Notes: generated by a model from the sequence alone, not told the origin. A stretch of DNA of 64,000 bases from a virus (IMGVR_UViG_3300044807_000039:1-64000); one strand, 5' to 3'. Positions 9,727 through 18,093 are shown, counted from the stretch's first letter. Program-made: numbers and translations.

Positions 9727-9948
9727 GTGCAATTGATTCACAGACTTAAGGTTAAAGCAGCAGATCCAAAAGTTTGGAAGAAATTCCATATGTCTGCAAC
9801 AATATTTTGGTTCGTTGCAATTATTCCTACTGTAGTGTTTTGGTCGGAATCGGTATTGTGGATCGGTTTGGTAAGCTGCTATGCTAACATGGTTGGGCAC
9901 TTCGGAGCTTGGCAAGCTAGTAGAGCAGAAGATAGTGAAAATAATTAA
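9727..9948 (+). CDS. small membrane protein (GTG start uncertain)
   Basis: 2 predicted TM helices 'IFWFVAIIPTVVFW...'. Confidence 0.35.
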   Translation: MQLIHRLKVKAADPKVWKKFHMSATIFWFVAIIPTVVFWSESVLWIGLVSCYANMVGHFGAWQASRAEDSENN

Positions 9949-9953
9949 ATTAT

Positions 9954-10042
9954 GGGAGTAAGGCGGATATTTGGTTGGCCGCGTCAGACTGTAAATCTGA
10001 AGTCTTAATTGACCGTTGGGGGTTCGACTCCCTCTGCTCTCA
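9954..10042 (+). tRNA. tRNA-Tyr (GTA), class II long variable arm
   Basis: acceptor GGGAGTA/TGCTCTC (2 G-U), D-stem GCGG/CCGC, anticodon stem TCAGA/TCTGA loop CTGTAAA, 17-nt variable arm, T-arm GGGGG-TTCGACT-CCCTC. Confidence 0.7.
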
Positions 10043-10084
10043 CGGGTGCTAGTTGTAAATCACCGGCAGAAAAACTAGCATTAT

Positions 10085-10156
10085 GGTCCTTTAGCTTAAA
10101 TGGTAGAGCGCAGAGTTGAAGCCTCTGGGGAAACGGTTCGATACCGTTAGGGACCA
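10085..10156 (+). tRNA. tRNA-Phe (GAA)
   Basis: acceptor GGTCCTT/AGGGACC, D GCTT/GAGC, anticodon CAGAG-TTGAAGC-CTCTG, T-arm AACGG-TTCGATA-CCGTT. Confidence 0.8.
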
Positions 10157-10181
10157 CGCTCGCCTTTATGATTCGCGGTCA

Positions 10182-10239
10182 TAGAGGTCACCTCAGAGAT
10201 AAGAGGCTAGTTAGGTCGGTTCGAGTCCGACACCACTAT
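10182..10239 (+). ncRNA. anticodon-arm-less tRNA-like element (acceptor+D-arm+T-arm only)
   Basis: TAGAGGT..ACCACTA acceptor (1 mismatch), D-like CCTC-AGAGATAA-GAGG, 8-nt linker, T-arm GTCGG-TTCGAGT-CCGAC. Confidence 0.35.
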
Positions 10240-10312
10240 TGTGGGTGTAGCGGAAACATGCTAGAGTGAGCTGTACAGCGACGGTAGGCCACCTAAACTG
10301 CTGTACAGACAA

Positions 10313-10384
10313 GGCCGCGTAGTGTACTGGTGCGCACAACAGCCTGTCACGCTGTTAGAGCGGGTTCAATCCCCGTCGTGGTCG
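10313..10384 (+). tRNA. tRNA-Asp (GTC)
   Basis: acceptor GGCCGCG/CGTGGTC (2 G-U), anticodon ACAGC-CTGTCAC-GCTGT, T-arm GCGGG-TTCAATC-CCCGT. Confidence 0.7.
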
Positions 10385-10414
10385 CTTTAATCCTTCAACG
10401 TTTAGGGAGAACCT

Positions 10415-10606
10415 ATGGCGCATGATTTTAGGGTTTATATTGGAAGTAAGCAAAAGGGGCCAGCCTATGAGAGTTTTCGTGTTGCAAATACCTTTGCCGC
10501 AGCAGCGGCACGAATCAATCCACTGGTTTTCGTCTATCAGGTAGTCGAAGGAAAAGAAAATATGCCAATCATGTCCGCAAAGTGGGTAGAAGGCAAGCGA
10601 GTATAA
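10415..10606 (+). CDS. small protein, paralogous family member
   Basis: MAHDFRVYIGSK...WVEGKRV. Confidence 0.4.
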   Translation: MAHDFRVYIGSKQKGPAYESFRVANTFAAAAARINPLVFVYQVVEGKENMPIMSAKWVEGKRV

Positions 10607-10608
10607 CC

Positions 10609-10642
10609 AAGAGCCAGGGTAGAAAATTCTACCCTGGCTCTT
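10609..10642. terminator. perfect 15-bp palindromic hairpin (bidirectional terminator-like) overlapping next -35
   Basis: AAGAGCCAGGGTAGAA..TTCTACCCTGGCTCTT. Confidence 0.5.
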
Positions 10643-10669
10643 GACTGCCAGGATGATCTAAGCTAGTCT
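10641..10669 (+). promoter_or_regulatory. promoter TTGACT-N17-TAGTCT
   Basis: upstream of SPFH gene. Confidence 0.4.
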
Positions 10670-10739
10670 TTAGCTAGAACAAGTTGAGCAGTAACTTATG
10701 CAGTAAATAATGTAACTATCCCCAATCGTAAGGAATAAC

Positions 10740-11630
10740 ATGGGCGCTATTATTTTTCTTGGAATTTTTGCACTGGTCCTGGTGATCGGAATTGCAACGG
10801 CTATGGTTGGACGGGGGGATACTCGAATTGGTGGAATTCTAGCGGCAGTAGTTGCTGCAATCCTATTTGGTATTACTTTCGTTGCTAATAGCGTCACGAA
10901 CGTTGAAGCCCGAACGGTAGGTATCGTTACCGAGTTTGGTAAGGCTACTGGTACTGTTTCTCCTGGTTTCAATTGGGTTGCTCCATGGGCATCCGTTACC
11001 GATTTTCCAACAAGTAACCAGGTTCTCGATCTTGATACAACGGATGAAGATCCGGGCTCAGGTCACAACGTCGCTGTTAAATTTAAGGGCGGTGGCGAAG
11101 GTTGGGTCAATGTTAATATCACCTGGCAGGTCCAGACTGACGATAAGGCCGTGCAGCTTTGGAATAACTGGAAAGACTTTGAGCTTGTAAAGAAGAATGT
11201 GGTCAATCCGCGCGGTCAGGGCATTGTGGCTGAAGTATTTGGTCGGTACGCACCAGAGGACGCTACTGATGGTCAGCGACTCCCAGACTTCAACAAGGAA
11301 GTTATGGATTCATTGAATAAGACACTTGCTTCTAGTGGTATTGTTGTCGAGAACGTTGCTATCAAGAAGGTTGACACGAGCGGGCCGATTCAGGAACGCA
11401 TCAACAACCAGGTAAAGGCTCTGGCAGATCAGAATACATCCAGGATTAAGCAGGACACTGCAAAGATTGATGCTGAAACCAATAAGATTGCACAGCAGCA
11501 ACTCACGCCAGAAGTTCTGGCAAACAAGTGTCTTGATATCGTTAATGCTTGGGATTTTGCCAAGAACGGTCCATTGCCAGCAGCAGGTATTTGTGGTGGT
11601 TCTATTCCGCTCGTCAAGGCTGTAGGTTGA
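10740..11630 (+). CDS. SPFH/band-7 (stomatin/prohibitin-like) membrane protein
   Basis: N-terminal TM helix then ~250 aa SPFH-like domain with C-terminal coiled-coil. Confidence 0.55.
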   Translation: MGAIIFLGIFALVLVIGIATAMVGRGDTRIGGILAAVVAAILFGITFVANSVTNVEARTVGIVTEFGKATGTVSPGFNWVAPWASVTDFPTSNQVLDLDTTDEDPGSGHNVAVKFKGGGEGWVNVNITWQVQTDDKAVQLWNNWKDFELVKKNVVNPRGQGIVAEVFGRYAPEDATDGQRLPDFNKEVMDSLNKTLASSGIVVENVAIKKVDTSGPIQERINNQVKALADQNTSRIKQDTAKIDAETNKIAQQQLTPEVLANKCLDIVNAWDFAKNGPLPAAGICGGSIPLVKAVG

Positions 11631-11697
11631 CACAAAGATTAATGTAGCCTAGAATAGGCTGCATGGGTTAGGCACCTTCCCTTAATTGGTGCATATC

Positions 11698-11769
11698 CCC
11701 TCCGTAGTTCAATCGGTAGAACACTAGACTGTGACTCTAGAAACGTCGGATCGTAACCGACCGGGAGGA
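11698..11769 (+). tRNA. tRNA-His (GTG); no G-1 encoded (position -1 is C)
   Basis: acceptor CCCTCCG/CGGGAGG (one C-A), D GTTC-AATCGGTA-GAAC, anticodon CTAGA-CTGTGAC-TCTAG, T-arm GTCGG-ATCGTAA-CCGAC. Confidence 0.7.
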
Positions 11770-11850
11770 CAAAGCTTATAGCAAAAAACCACAATTCGGG
11801 CTATAAGTGCTTTCGGAACAGTCGGTGGTATTTGTTCGCGGAAAGCAATT

Positions 11851-11937
11851 GGAAGTATCGCATAGAGGCCGATTGCGCAGCTTTGCTAAAGCTGTAGAGT
11901 GTAAAAGCTCTCGTGGGTTCGAATCCCACTACTTCCG
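11851..11937 (+). tRNA. tRNA-Ser (GCT), class II
   Basis: acceptor GGAAGTA/TACTTCC, anticodon CAGCT-TTGCTAA-AGCTG, long variable arm, T-arm GTGGG-TTCGAAT-CCCAC. Confidence 0.75.
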
Positions 11938-11955
11938 CTTCAACTAGGAGGAATT

Positions 11956-12084
11956 ATGACTTGCAAGTATTGCAACAAACCTGCTAGGCTGAGAGTAGAT
12001 CCTTTCTTGAAAGATGTACACAACGAAATAGAATTAGTTTGGCTTTGCGACGACTGTTATCAGAGACGCAAGGACGATATTTAA
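11956..12084 (+). CDS. mini zinc-ribbon protein (42 aa), 'MTC' family
   Basis: RBS AGGAGG; MTCKYCNKPA...LVWLCDDCYQRRKDDI. Confidence 0.4.
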   Translation: MTCKYCNKPARLRVDPFLKDVHNEIELVWLCDDCYQRRKDDI

Positions 12085-12172
12085 ATAGATCTGTCGTGTC
12101 GGACGGCGGTTACCTCCTAGCGGAGTGTGGGTTGGCTTGGTACCAAAGCGCGAACCTTCATCCGGCGCCAAT

Positions 12173-12244
12173 GCCTCCATAGCTTAACTGGCAAAGCACC
12201 GCTCTTGTAAAGCGGAATTCGGGGTTCAAGTCCTCGTGGCGGCT
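12173..12244 (+). tRNA. tRNA-Thr (TGT)
   Basis: acceptor GCCTCCA/TGGCGGC (one mismatch), D GCTT/AAGC, anticodon CCGCT-CTTGTAA-AGCGG, T-arm CGGGG-TTCAAGT-CCTCG. Confidence 0.6.
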
Positions 12245-12310
12245 CTTCAATAAAAACATTAAACCAAGGGGTGCACTCTGTCCATAGAAAGAAATCTTGC
12301 TAAAGAACTA

Positions 12311-12481
12311 ATGGCAGTCATCCAGGCATTACAAAGTAATAAAAAAGGTTCGGCAACAAGAGCTAATAAACTAATTTCTAGGATTAAAATTGCCGGGGCA
12401 AATAATGGTGACGTAATTAAGGATCTAGAAGAAAAGGCTAGGTCTTTCAGGAAGCGTAATCCGAAAAAGGATTGGTGGTAA
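12311..12481 (+). CDS. small hypothetical protein (ends ..KKDWW)
   Basis: 56 aa ORF; paralogous C-terminus with next ORF (..KDKW). Confidence 0.3.
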   Translation: MAVIQALQSNKKGSATRANKLISRIKIAGANNGDVIKDLEEKARSFRKRNPKKDWW

Positions 12482-12669
12482 TGGATAATAAAATCACAGA
12501 AGAATTTCGTACAGTTCGCATGCTATTAAACCAGAAGAAACCTGGTATGAAGCTACGAACTAGAACATTAATTAATAGATTAGATCTAGGTAATTATAAG
12601 CAGGCGAAAATGACCATTCGGCATCTTTGGACCCAATATCAAAAAGATGTACCAAAGGATAAGTGGTAA
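12481..12669 (+). CDS. small hypothetical protein
   Basis: 62 aa. Confidence 0.35.
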   Translation: MDNKITEEFRTVRMLLNQKKPGMKLRTRTLINRLDLGNYKQAKMTIRHLWTQYQKDVPKDKW

Positions 12670-12671
12670 TA

Positions 12672-12854
12672 ATGACAAACGAAGAATTGGATAAGTTGGC
12701 CGCAACCGAGCTTTGCCCGGGGGTGACCTACATGGATCATGCTGACTCTATTGCTAGATTCAACCTTCGTGGTGTAAACTACAACGAGATTCAGCTTGCA
12801 GCCGAAAGATTGCGGGTTCTCGAAGCTCTTGACACCACCGAAGAGCTAGTATAG
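12672..12854 (+). CDS. small hypothetical protein
   Basis: 60 aa. Confidence 0.35.
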   Translation: MTNEELDKLAATELCPGVTYMDHADSIARFNLRGVNYNEIQLAAERLRVLEALDTTEELV

Positions 12855-12886
12855 GCTGATACAACATCCACCAGTTGGAGGAATAA

Positions 12887-13207
12887 ATGCTCGAAGAGGA
12901 AGCTGCTGTTGAATGTGCTAGACTGATCAAAGAATGTATGTTAGAATTCAACAGCAAGACGATTCAACGATATACACTTCTCAACAAATGGAAAAAGAAG
13001 TTTCCGGATCACCAATCATCGATTTATCCAAGATATAATGGTGAACGACCTGTAGAATCCACTGGAACGGTTGCTAGGAAACTTATCAGCAAGGCTTGCC
13101 GGAAGCTAGAGCAAGATGGTATCATTAGTAGACACGAAGGACGTTCCGACAGATACGGTTACATCGTGGTTGAGGACGTTAAAGCTTTGGTCACAATAAT
13201 TACGTAG
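12887..13207 (+). CDS. putative winged-helix DNA-binding regulator
   Basis: 'TVARKLISKACRKLEQDGIISR' wHTH-like. Confidence 0.4.
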   Translation: MLEEEAAVECARLIKECMLEFNSKTIQRYTLLNKWKKKFPDHQSSIYPRYNGERPVESTGTVARKLISKACRKLEQDGIISRHEGRSDRYGYIVVEDVKALVTIIT

Positions 13208-13229
13208 TTCGGTTATACCGGATGAGGGC

Positions 13230-13256
13230 AACGGAAACATCAGGTTCCGTTTTTAC
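13230..13256 (+). terminator. rho-independent terminator
   Basis: AACGGAAAC..GTTCCGTT + TTTTT. Confidence 0.55.
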
Positions 13257-13288
13257 TAGGGTTGGGTGGGCTCCCTAGTTTCAAGATT

Positions 13289-13362
13289 TGCGGGGTGGTG
13301 CAGTCTGGTAGCTCAGCGGGCTCATAATCCGAAGGTCGTAGGTTCGAATCCTACCCCCGCAA
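13289..13362 (+). tRNA. tRNA-Met (CAT), initiator-like sequence but 1:72 paired (T-A)
   Basis: near-identical to E. coli tRNA-fMet body: TGCGGGGTGGTGCAG..GGGCTCATAA..GGTTCGAATCC..CCCCGCA. Confidence 0.8.
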
Positions 13363-13363
13363 C

Positions 13364-13436
13364 GCCTTCTTAGTGATAACGGTAAGCACATTTCCTTGGT
13401 AAGGAAATAGAAAGGGTTCGATTCCCTTAGAAGGCT
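13364..13436 (+). tRNA. tRNA-Thr (GGT)
   Basis: acceptor GCCTTCT/AGAAGGC, anticodon TTTCC-TTGGTAA-GGAAA, T-arm AAGGG-TTCGATT-CCCTT. Confidence 0.7.
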
Positions 13437-13469
13437 CTCCATCAATTAGTAGACAAACAAGGAGTTAAC

Positions 13470-13700
13470 ATGGAAAAGGATTACTCGTTGACAATCGCCA
13501 TTGGTGCAAAGAGCAAGAAGTTTGACTCCACCACCACCGAAAGGGAAGCTATCACGATAGCTAAGATGCTCGTTCCCATTATCAAGATTGTCGCGGTCAT
13601 CAAGCGTTTCAAGCGTAAGTTGCACAGCGATAGGGCCATCATGACCATTAAGCACGTAGAGACAGACAAGGTTGTTTGGTCGAAGGTCGTTAGTTACTAA
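13470..13700 (+). CDS. small protein, possible paralogous family member
   Basis: 76 aa. Confidence 0.4.
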   Translation: MEKDYSLTIAIGAKSKKFDSTTTEREAITIAKMLVPIIKIVAVIKRFKRKLHSDRAIMTIKHVETDKVVWSKVVSY

Positions 13701-13745
13701 TTTCGCAGTAAATAGCTCCTACTTTTCCATCCCGACTACGTTAGG

Positions 13746-14204
13746 ATGCCAATGACAATCTATAAGGGAACCGGCTCAATGTTCGACGCTGGTGCTGATG
13801 GTTTGGTTAACGCAGTCAATTGTGTAGGTGTAATGGGCGGGGGACTGGCGAAAGTTTTCGCTGACAAATGGCCCCGTATGAATGCCGACTACATTACATA
13901 CTGCAACGAGGGGTTGTTGACTCCAGGTAATATTCATTCCTATTTTTCCAACCTGGAATCCCAGGAAGTCATTCTTAACTTCCCAACCAAGGATGACTAT
14001 CGTGACCCTAGCGAGTTGGAATATATCGAAAAGGGTATGCCGAGTCTGATGAATGTGGCAATTACCTTAGGTTTGACCAAGGTTGCCATTCCTGCACTAG
14101 GCTGTGGTCTAGGGGGACTTGATTGGAAAGATGTATACCCAATTATCGAACGCTATATCGAAATGGTGCCCGGCATTGATTGGATTGTCTACGATCCTAA
14201 GTAA
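13746..14204 (+). CDS. macro-domain protein (ADP-ribose/Appr-1''-p processing)
   Basis: 'GLVNAVNCVGVMGGGLAKVF' macro-domain signature, 152 aa. Confidence 0.75.
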   Translation: MPMTIYKGTGSMFDAGADGLVNAVNCVGVMGGGLAKVFADKWPRMNADYITYCNEGLLTPGNIHSYFSNLESQEVILNFPTKDDYRDPSELEYIEKGMPSLMNVAITLGLTKVAIPALGCGLGGLDWKDVYPIIERYIEMVPGIDWIVYDPK

Positions 14205-14261
14205 TTTTCTTCAGTTGATCCTTCATGCTATAATTAAATAGCAAATGAAGGAGGGTTGTAA

Positions 14262-14690
14262 TTGACTGAAGTCATTACAAACTACCGAATTTTGAATGCA
14301 ATTGAAAGCCTTGAGTTTCTGGTTCGCCTGAAGTTCGAGGAATTGCAAACAGATATTCGGGAGGTGAATAGACAAATGGCAGACCTAAATGAAAGCGTTG
14401 AAGGTCTTAAGACAGCAGTTCAGGGTGTAGCCGATCGTGTTGGACAGCTAGTTGGTCCTTTGCAGCAGCAGCTTGCTGAGCTACAGACTGTTCTACAGAC
14501 CGAGCGTGACGCAGCAGTAACACTAGCTACCGCTGAAGATCAGGAAGATGTAGCTCAGAATCAGGCTCTAGCGGATGCTCAGGCGGCAACTGATGCACTT
14601 TTGGCAGAGGTTTCGGCTAAGGCTGATAGTATTGTTGCAGAGACCGCAAAGCTTAATGAGGTTGCAGTAACTCCAACTCCAGGAGTATAA
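14262..14690 (+). CDS. coiled-coil hypothetical protein
   Basis: Ala/Gln/Leu-rich heptads. Confidence 0.4.
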   Translation: MTEVITNYRILNAIESLEFLVRLKFEELQTDIREVNRQMADLNESVEGLKTAVQGVADRVGQLVGPLQQQLAELQTVLQTERDAAVTLATAEDQEDVAQNQALADAQAATDALLAEVSAKADSIVAETAKLNEVAVTPTPGV

Positions 14691-14706
14691 TTTGTATTCC
14701 TTTCGG

Positions 14707-14735
14707 CTCCGTTTAGAAGGTAAAACGGGCACTTT
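14707..14735 (+). terminator. hairpin CCGTTT..AAACGG + T-run
   Basis: after ORF 14262-14690. Confidence 0.4.
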
Positions 14736-14809
14736 GCCTCGTTAGCTCAGTTGGTAGTAGCAGCGTACTTTTAATACGCGGGTCCTCGGTTCGATCCCGA
14801 GACGGGGTA
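14736..14809 (+). tRNA. tRNA-Lys (TTT)
   Basis: acceptor GCCTCGT/ACGGGGT, anticodon GCGTA-CTTTTAA-TACGC, T-arm CTCGG-TTCGATC-CCGAG. Confidence 0.75.
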
Positions 14810-14838
14810 CTTTATAAAAAACTAGCATAGGAGTTACT

Positions 14839-15042
14839 ATGGCTAATAAGCGATTCCAGGTATGGGTCAACGGACATGCAGATCCAAATCGTCAATTTCA
14901 TAATTACGAACGGGCGGTAGGAGATGCAAATGCTCTTATTCGCAAAGCTCGTTCGAGTGTATGGATTCAAATCAGAGATAACGAAGAAAATAAATTCGTT
15001 GCTGAATCCCGTGATGGCAAGCGCATCAAAGGTAAAAAGTAA
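14839..15042 (+). CDS. small protein, paralogous family member
   Basis: MANKRFQVWVNGH... Confidence 0.45.
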   Translation: MANKRFQVWVNGHADPNRQFHNYERAVGDANALIRKARSSVWIQIRDNEENKFVAESRDGKRIKGKK

Positions 15043-15074
15043 AAACCATAAAAACAACTACTCTAAGGATAACT

Positions 15075-15806
15075 ATGCCCAAGTTGAACCAGCTCATTGC
15101 AGCCCGCCCGACCGTTGCGGCTAAGGCCGATCGTAACTTTACCGATCTTCACAAGCTCGTGCAAAAGGTAGAGCCACTTCGTGGTCTGATTAAGACCTAC
15201 GCGCCGGTTGACGACAACGGCCAACAGCTTCCTTCTGAATCTACCAAGGTTCAAGTTAAGGTTGAGGATGTTATCAAGTCGGTTGGCACCGAGCTTACCC
15301 AGCTGTTTGACCTTGTGCTATCCTTGGAGACTGCTAACGCGGTTGCTAAGGCAGACGTCAAGGTTGATGGTACGGTAATTGCAAAGGACGTTCCGGTTAC
15401 CTATCTTCTTTTCCTTGAGAAGAAGTTGGTTGATATTGGCACCTTTGTGGCGAAGCTTCCGGTACTTGACCCGGGACAGAACTGGAACTACGATGAGAAC
15501 GTGGGAAGCTTTGCAGCGGACCCGGTGAAGACCACTCGTAGCAAGGATGTCCCGCGTGCAACCGTTCTGTATGAGGCAACCGACAAGCACCCTGCGCAGA
15601 TCCGCGAGTTCAACGAGAGCGTTTTGGTTGGTATTTGGACCAAGATTGACTTCTCTGGGGCTATCACAGCGGACCGTAAGCGTGCTATCATGGACAAGGT
15701 TGAGAAGTTGAAGCTTGCTGTTAAGTTTGCTCGTGAAGAGGCTAACAGCCAGGAGGCACCAAGCCAGAACATCGGCGAAAAGTTCTTCGGTTTCCTTTTT
15801 AGCTGA
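15075..15806 (+). CDS. hypothetical protein
   Basis: 243 aa ORF with RBS. Confidence 0.5.
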   Translation: MPKLNQLIAARPTVAAKADRNFTDLHKLVQKVEPLRGLIKTYAPVDDNGQQLPSESTKVQVKVEDVIKSVGTELTQLFDLVLSLETANAVAKADVKVDGTVIAKDVPVTYLLFLEKKLVDIGTFVAKLPVLDPGQNWNYDENVGSFAADPVKTTRSKDVPRATVLYEATDKHPAQIREFNESVLVGIWTKIDFSGAITADRKRAIMDKVEKLKLAVKFAREEANSQEAPSQNIGEKFFGFLFS

Positions 15807-15958
15807 TATGATGTGGAAGGCAGCAACTAGCATACATTAGCTAGGGATACCGTAGGTGCTGCCATGCTGGAATGGGTTAAGCCAGCTCCTAATTTTCCGA
15901 TCGAGCGGTCGGAGCTGCGAGAGCAGGAGACTAAGTATTAGTCTTAGTGTTAATCAAT

Positions 15959-16066
15959 GTAGTTGAACAAAAAGGTTGGTTCAGTGGAGGTTCGAATCCT
16001 TCACCGCGCACCACATGCGCGGTTAGCCCAATTGGTAGAGGCATCCAGCTAATAACGTTCGACTGC
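15959..16066 (+). ncRNA. tRNA-mimic module 1: T-arm + 3' acceptor + CCA upstream of 5' acceptor + D-arm, closed acceptor, 10-bp bracketing helix
   Basis: GGAGG-TTCGAAT-CCTTC ACCGCGC A CCA cat GCGCGGT TA GCC..GGC; helix GTAGTTGAAC(15959-68)/GTTCGACTGC(16057-66). Confidence 0.45.
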
Positions 16067-16127
16067 TGAAATCAGCCTTAGATTATCGCTCTAGTTTCAG
16101 AAACTCGCTTGTTTACCAAATCAAATA

Positions 16128-16258
16128 CATACGGACTACACCTGCCAGACGCAAGTTCGAATCTTGCCGGGGCCTCCAAAGCAATAGGGCAAGCGCTCCC
16201 TATTCACATGGCCTCGTAGTTTAGCGGCATAACGGGCACTATTAAAATGATCTGTATG
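16128..16258 (+). ncRNA. tRNA-mimic module 2 (same permuted order), loop hairpin AATAGGG/CCCTATT, 8-bp bracketing helix
   Basis: GCAAG-TTCGAAT-CTTGC CGGGGCC T CCA ..31 nt.. GGCCTCG TA GTT..AAC; helix CATACGGA(16128-35)/TCTGTATG(16251-58). Confidence 0.45.
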
Positions 16259-16331
16259 CTTAAACGCTGTTGGTGAACTACTATTGCAACAAATTACAGC
16301 CTAGGTCGTCGGATATTCGGCCTAGGCGCTT

Positions 16332-16405
16332 GTGCGGATAGTTTAATTGGAAAAACTTTCCCCGGCCTTTTGGGGAAAATACCTGGTTCGAATCCGGTTC
16401 CGTAC
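16332..16405 (+). tRNA. tRNA-like, possible Arg(CCT) with 8-nt anticodon loop / 7-bp stem (non-canonical)
   Basis: acceptor GTGCGGA/TCCGTAC, D GTTT/AAAC, TTTCCCC-GGCCTTTT-GGGGAAA, T-arm CTGG-TTCGAAT-CCGG. Confidence 0.35.
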
Positions 16406-16560
16406 GCGTGTTAGACGATAAAGATCGAGATGCTAAATGGTATTTTTGGAAATTCGTTCATAACCTGCTGATTCATCCGTTCCTAGCTTTTCCTTGGGAG
16501 CCAAAATGGGCACATCGGGCACATGATTGGACAGCTATAAGGTGTCCGGGCGGGGGCTAA

Positions 16561-16791
16561 ATGGCTAGCTTAAAGAAATGTGCAAGCTGTAAGCGCTATA
16601 AGCTTAATGAAGAAGACTTTAACAAAAACAAGAAGAATCCAGACGGCTTTCAATACAATTGCAAGAGCTGTATGAACACCTATGGCGCAGACTATCGAGT
16701 AAAACCGGAAAACAAGAAGACGGCTGCTGAACGCAATAAGGCATGGCAGAAAGAAAATCCTCGTCACCGAGACGGTAGGAAGAAAACTTAG
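16561..16791 (+). CDS. zinc-ribbon small protein
   Basis: 'CASCKRYK...NCKSC'. Confidence 0.45.
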   Translation: MASLKKCASCKRYKLNEEDFNKNKKNPDGFQYNCKSCMNTYGADYRVKPENKKTAAERNKAWQKENPRHRDGRKKT

Positions 16792-16799
16792 GGAGAATA

Positions 16800-17069
16800 G
16801 TGTTTAATTGGCTGAAGCTATTTTTTAAGCCACGTCGTGGTCAAGTCAGGCATCCTACGGCTACCAAGGTTCCACCTGCTAGCAGCTATCCAACTGCTAG
16901 CTATATGACCCAAGGACAGAAAATCATTCCAGGAATGCTACCAAAGATCAGTTCAACCATACCTAAGCCGCCACCAAATGGATTCCTCAAAAGGAAGAAT
17001 GAACGTCCATGGGAACCAGGTGATAAGCGAATTTCAATAAATGAGTGTAACTGCAAATGCAGAAACTAA
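16800..17069 (+). CDS. hypothetical protein
   Basis: 89 aa. Confidence 0.35.
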   Translation: MFNWLKLFFKPRRGQVRHPTATKVPPASSYPTASYMTQGQKIIPGMLPKISSTIPKPPPNGFLKRKNERPWEPGDKRISINECNCKCRN

Positions 17070-17107
17070 AAAGCGTTTAGAAAAATATTAAAGAAGAGGA
17101 TAAATAA

Positions 17108-17377
17108 ATGGCACTGGGTTATTACATCACTAAGCCTCAAGCAGAAGCACTTATGGTTTGGGATGGATCAAATTTATCGGAGATTGAAGGGTTCGTCTAT
17201 CCGGGGGTTACTATTACAGATAACCTAGATGGAACCTTGACTACTGATGCTAGTTTCTCTAATATCATTCGCCTAGGAAATGCATTGACTTTGCTGGGCA
17301 CCGAGATCGATGTTATTAATGGCCATCAAGAAGTCGAAAGTATTGCCCCCATCTCCTACGTTGTAACTGAGGACTGA
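17108..17377 (+). CDS. hypothetical protein
   Basis: 89 aa, RBS AGAGGA. Confidence 0.45.
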   Translation: MALGYYITKPQAEALMVWDGSNLSEIEGFVYPGVTITDNLDGTLTTDASFSNIIRLGNALTLLGTEIDVINGHQEVESIAPISYVVTED

Positions 17378-17384
17378 TAGATTT

Positions 17385-17485
17385 GCGCCTGTAGTTTAAT
17401 CGGTGGACAATACTAGTTGAAAGCCACTCGGTAGAACACTCCCTCGTTTCAGGGAACGGTTCACGTTCGATTCGTGACGGGCGCG
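17385..17485 (+). tRNA. tRNA-like (His-type D-arm) with ~28-nt insertion in D-loop and 6-nt anticodon loop; possible pseudogene
   Basis: acceptor GCGCCTG/CGGGCGC, T-arm TCACG-TTCGATT-CGTGA, TAGTTTAATCGGT[ins]AGAAC, stem TCCCT/AGGGA loop CGTTTC. Confidence 0.35.
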
Positions 17486-17514
17486 CGTTAACTTTGGAGA
17501 GTTGAGTAGATCAA

Positions 17515-17745
17515 ATGGAATATAAGTTTATAGATCAAGAGAATTCAATAGTTGGTACACGTCCTTCTTCTTTAAAGCCAGTAGGCAATACCATTGAAAT
17601 TAACGGGATCGTGTATGTAATTTGGTACTACGCTGGTAAATTTTATAATGAAGAAGGAGATCCCTACATCTGGGTTTCTGTGTCCAATAGACCAGAATCT
17701 AAAATGGAACGTCTTAACAGAAACATTCGTAATGCTTTTGGGTGA
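17515..17745 (+). CDS. hypothetical protein
   Basis: 76 aa. Confidence 0.4.
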   Translation: MEYKFIDQENSIVGTRPSSLKPVGNTIEINGIVYVIWYYAGKFYNEEGDPYIWVSVSNRPESKMERLNRNIRNAFG

Positions 17746-17777
17746 TATCTAATGGAGCGCGCCGCAAGAGGAGATTC

Positions 17778-17945
17778 ATGCGATATAGAGTCTACGTGGA
17801 TAACAGGCACAAGGACACAAAAAACGACAGACAAGAAGCCTTGACTTTAGCCAAAACTCTAGTAAGCTCTAAAAAGAGGGTAGTTGTAGAGGCCACCAGG
17901 GGTAATGTGATTGCCGTCTGGAATGGACTTTTGAAGGAAGTATAG
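17778..17945 (+). CDS. small protein, paralogous family member
   Basis: MRYRVYVDNRH...VIAVWNG. Confidence 0.45.
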   Translation: MRYRVYVDNRHKDTKNDRQEALTLAKTLVSSKKRVVVEATRGNVIAVWNGLLKEV

Positions 17946-18020
17946 TAAGCAGATAGACTTGCGAAAGCTGAAGAAGTAGGTTAGACTAGTACTACGTCAA
18001 GCGGGACGGAAAACCGCAAC

Positions 18021-18093
18021 GGGCCTATAGTATAAATGGATAAAACCTCCGGCTCTTACCCGGAAGATCTCGGATCATACCCGAGTGGGCTCA
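18021..18093 (+). tRNA. tRNA-Lys (CTT)
   Basis: acceptor GGGCCTA/TGGGCTC, anticodon TCCGG-CTCTTAC-CCGGA, T-arm CTCGG-ATCATAC-CCGAG. Confidence 0.65.

Noticed and set aside
15318-15833. 171-aa minus-strand ORF (and other minus ORFs such as 39071-39820, 28735-29418, 27741-28277)
   Set aside because: Each lies antisense inside a longer plus-strand gene with recognisable domains (Pnkp, rIIA-like etc.). The whole window appears to be transcribed rightward. Likely antisense artefacts.
15986-16179. Orphan tRNA 3' halves as attP cores for integration
   Set aside because: attP cores typically match host tRNA 3' ends and sit next to an integrase. No integrase or recombinase is present in the window, and each 3' half has a perfectly complementary 5' strand immediately downstream, which favours an RNA structural role.
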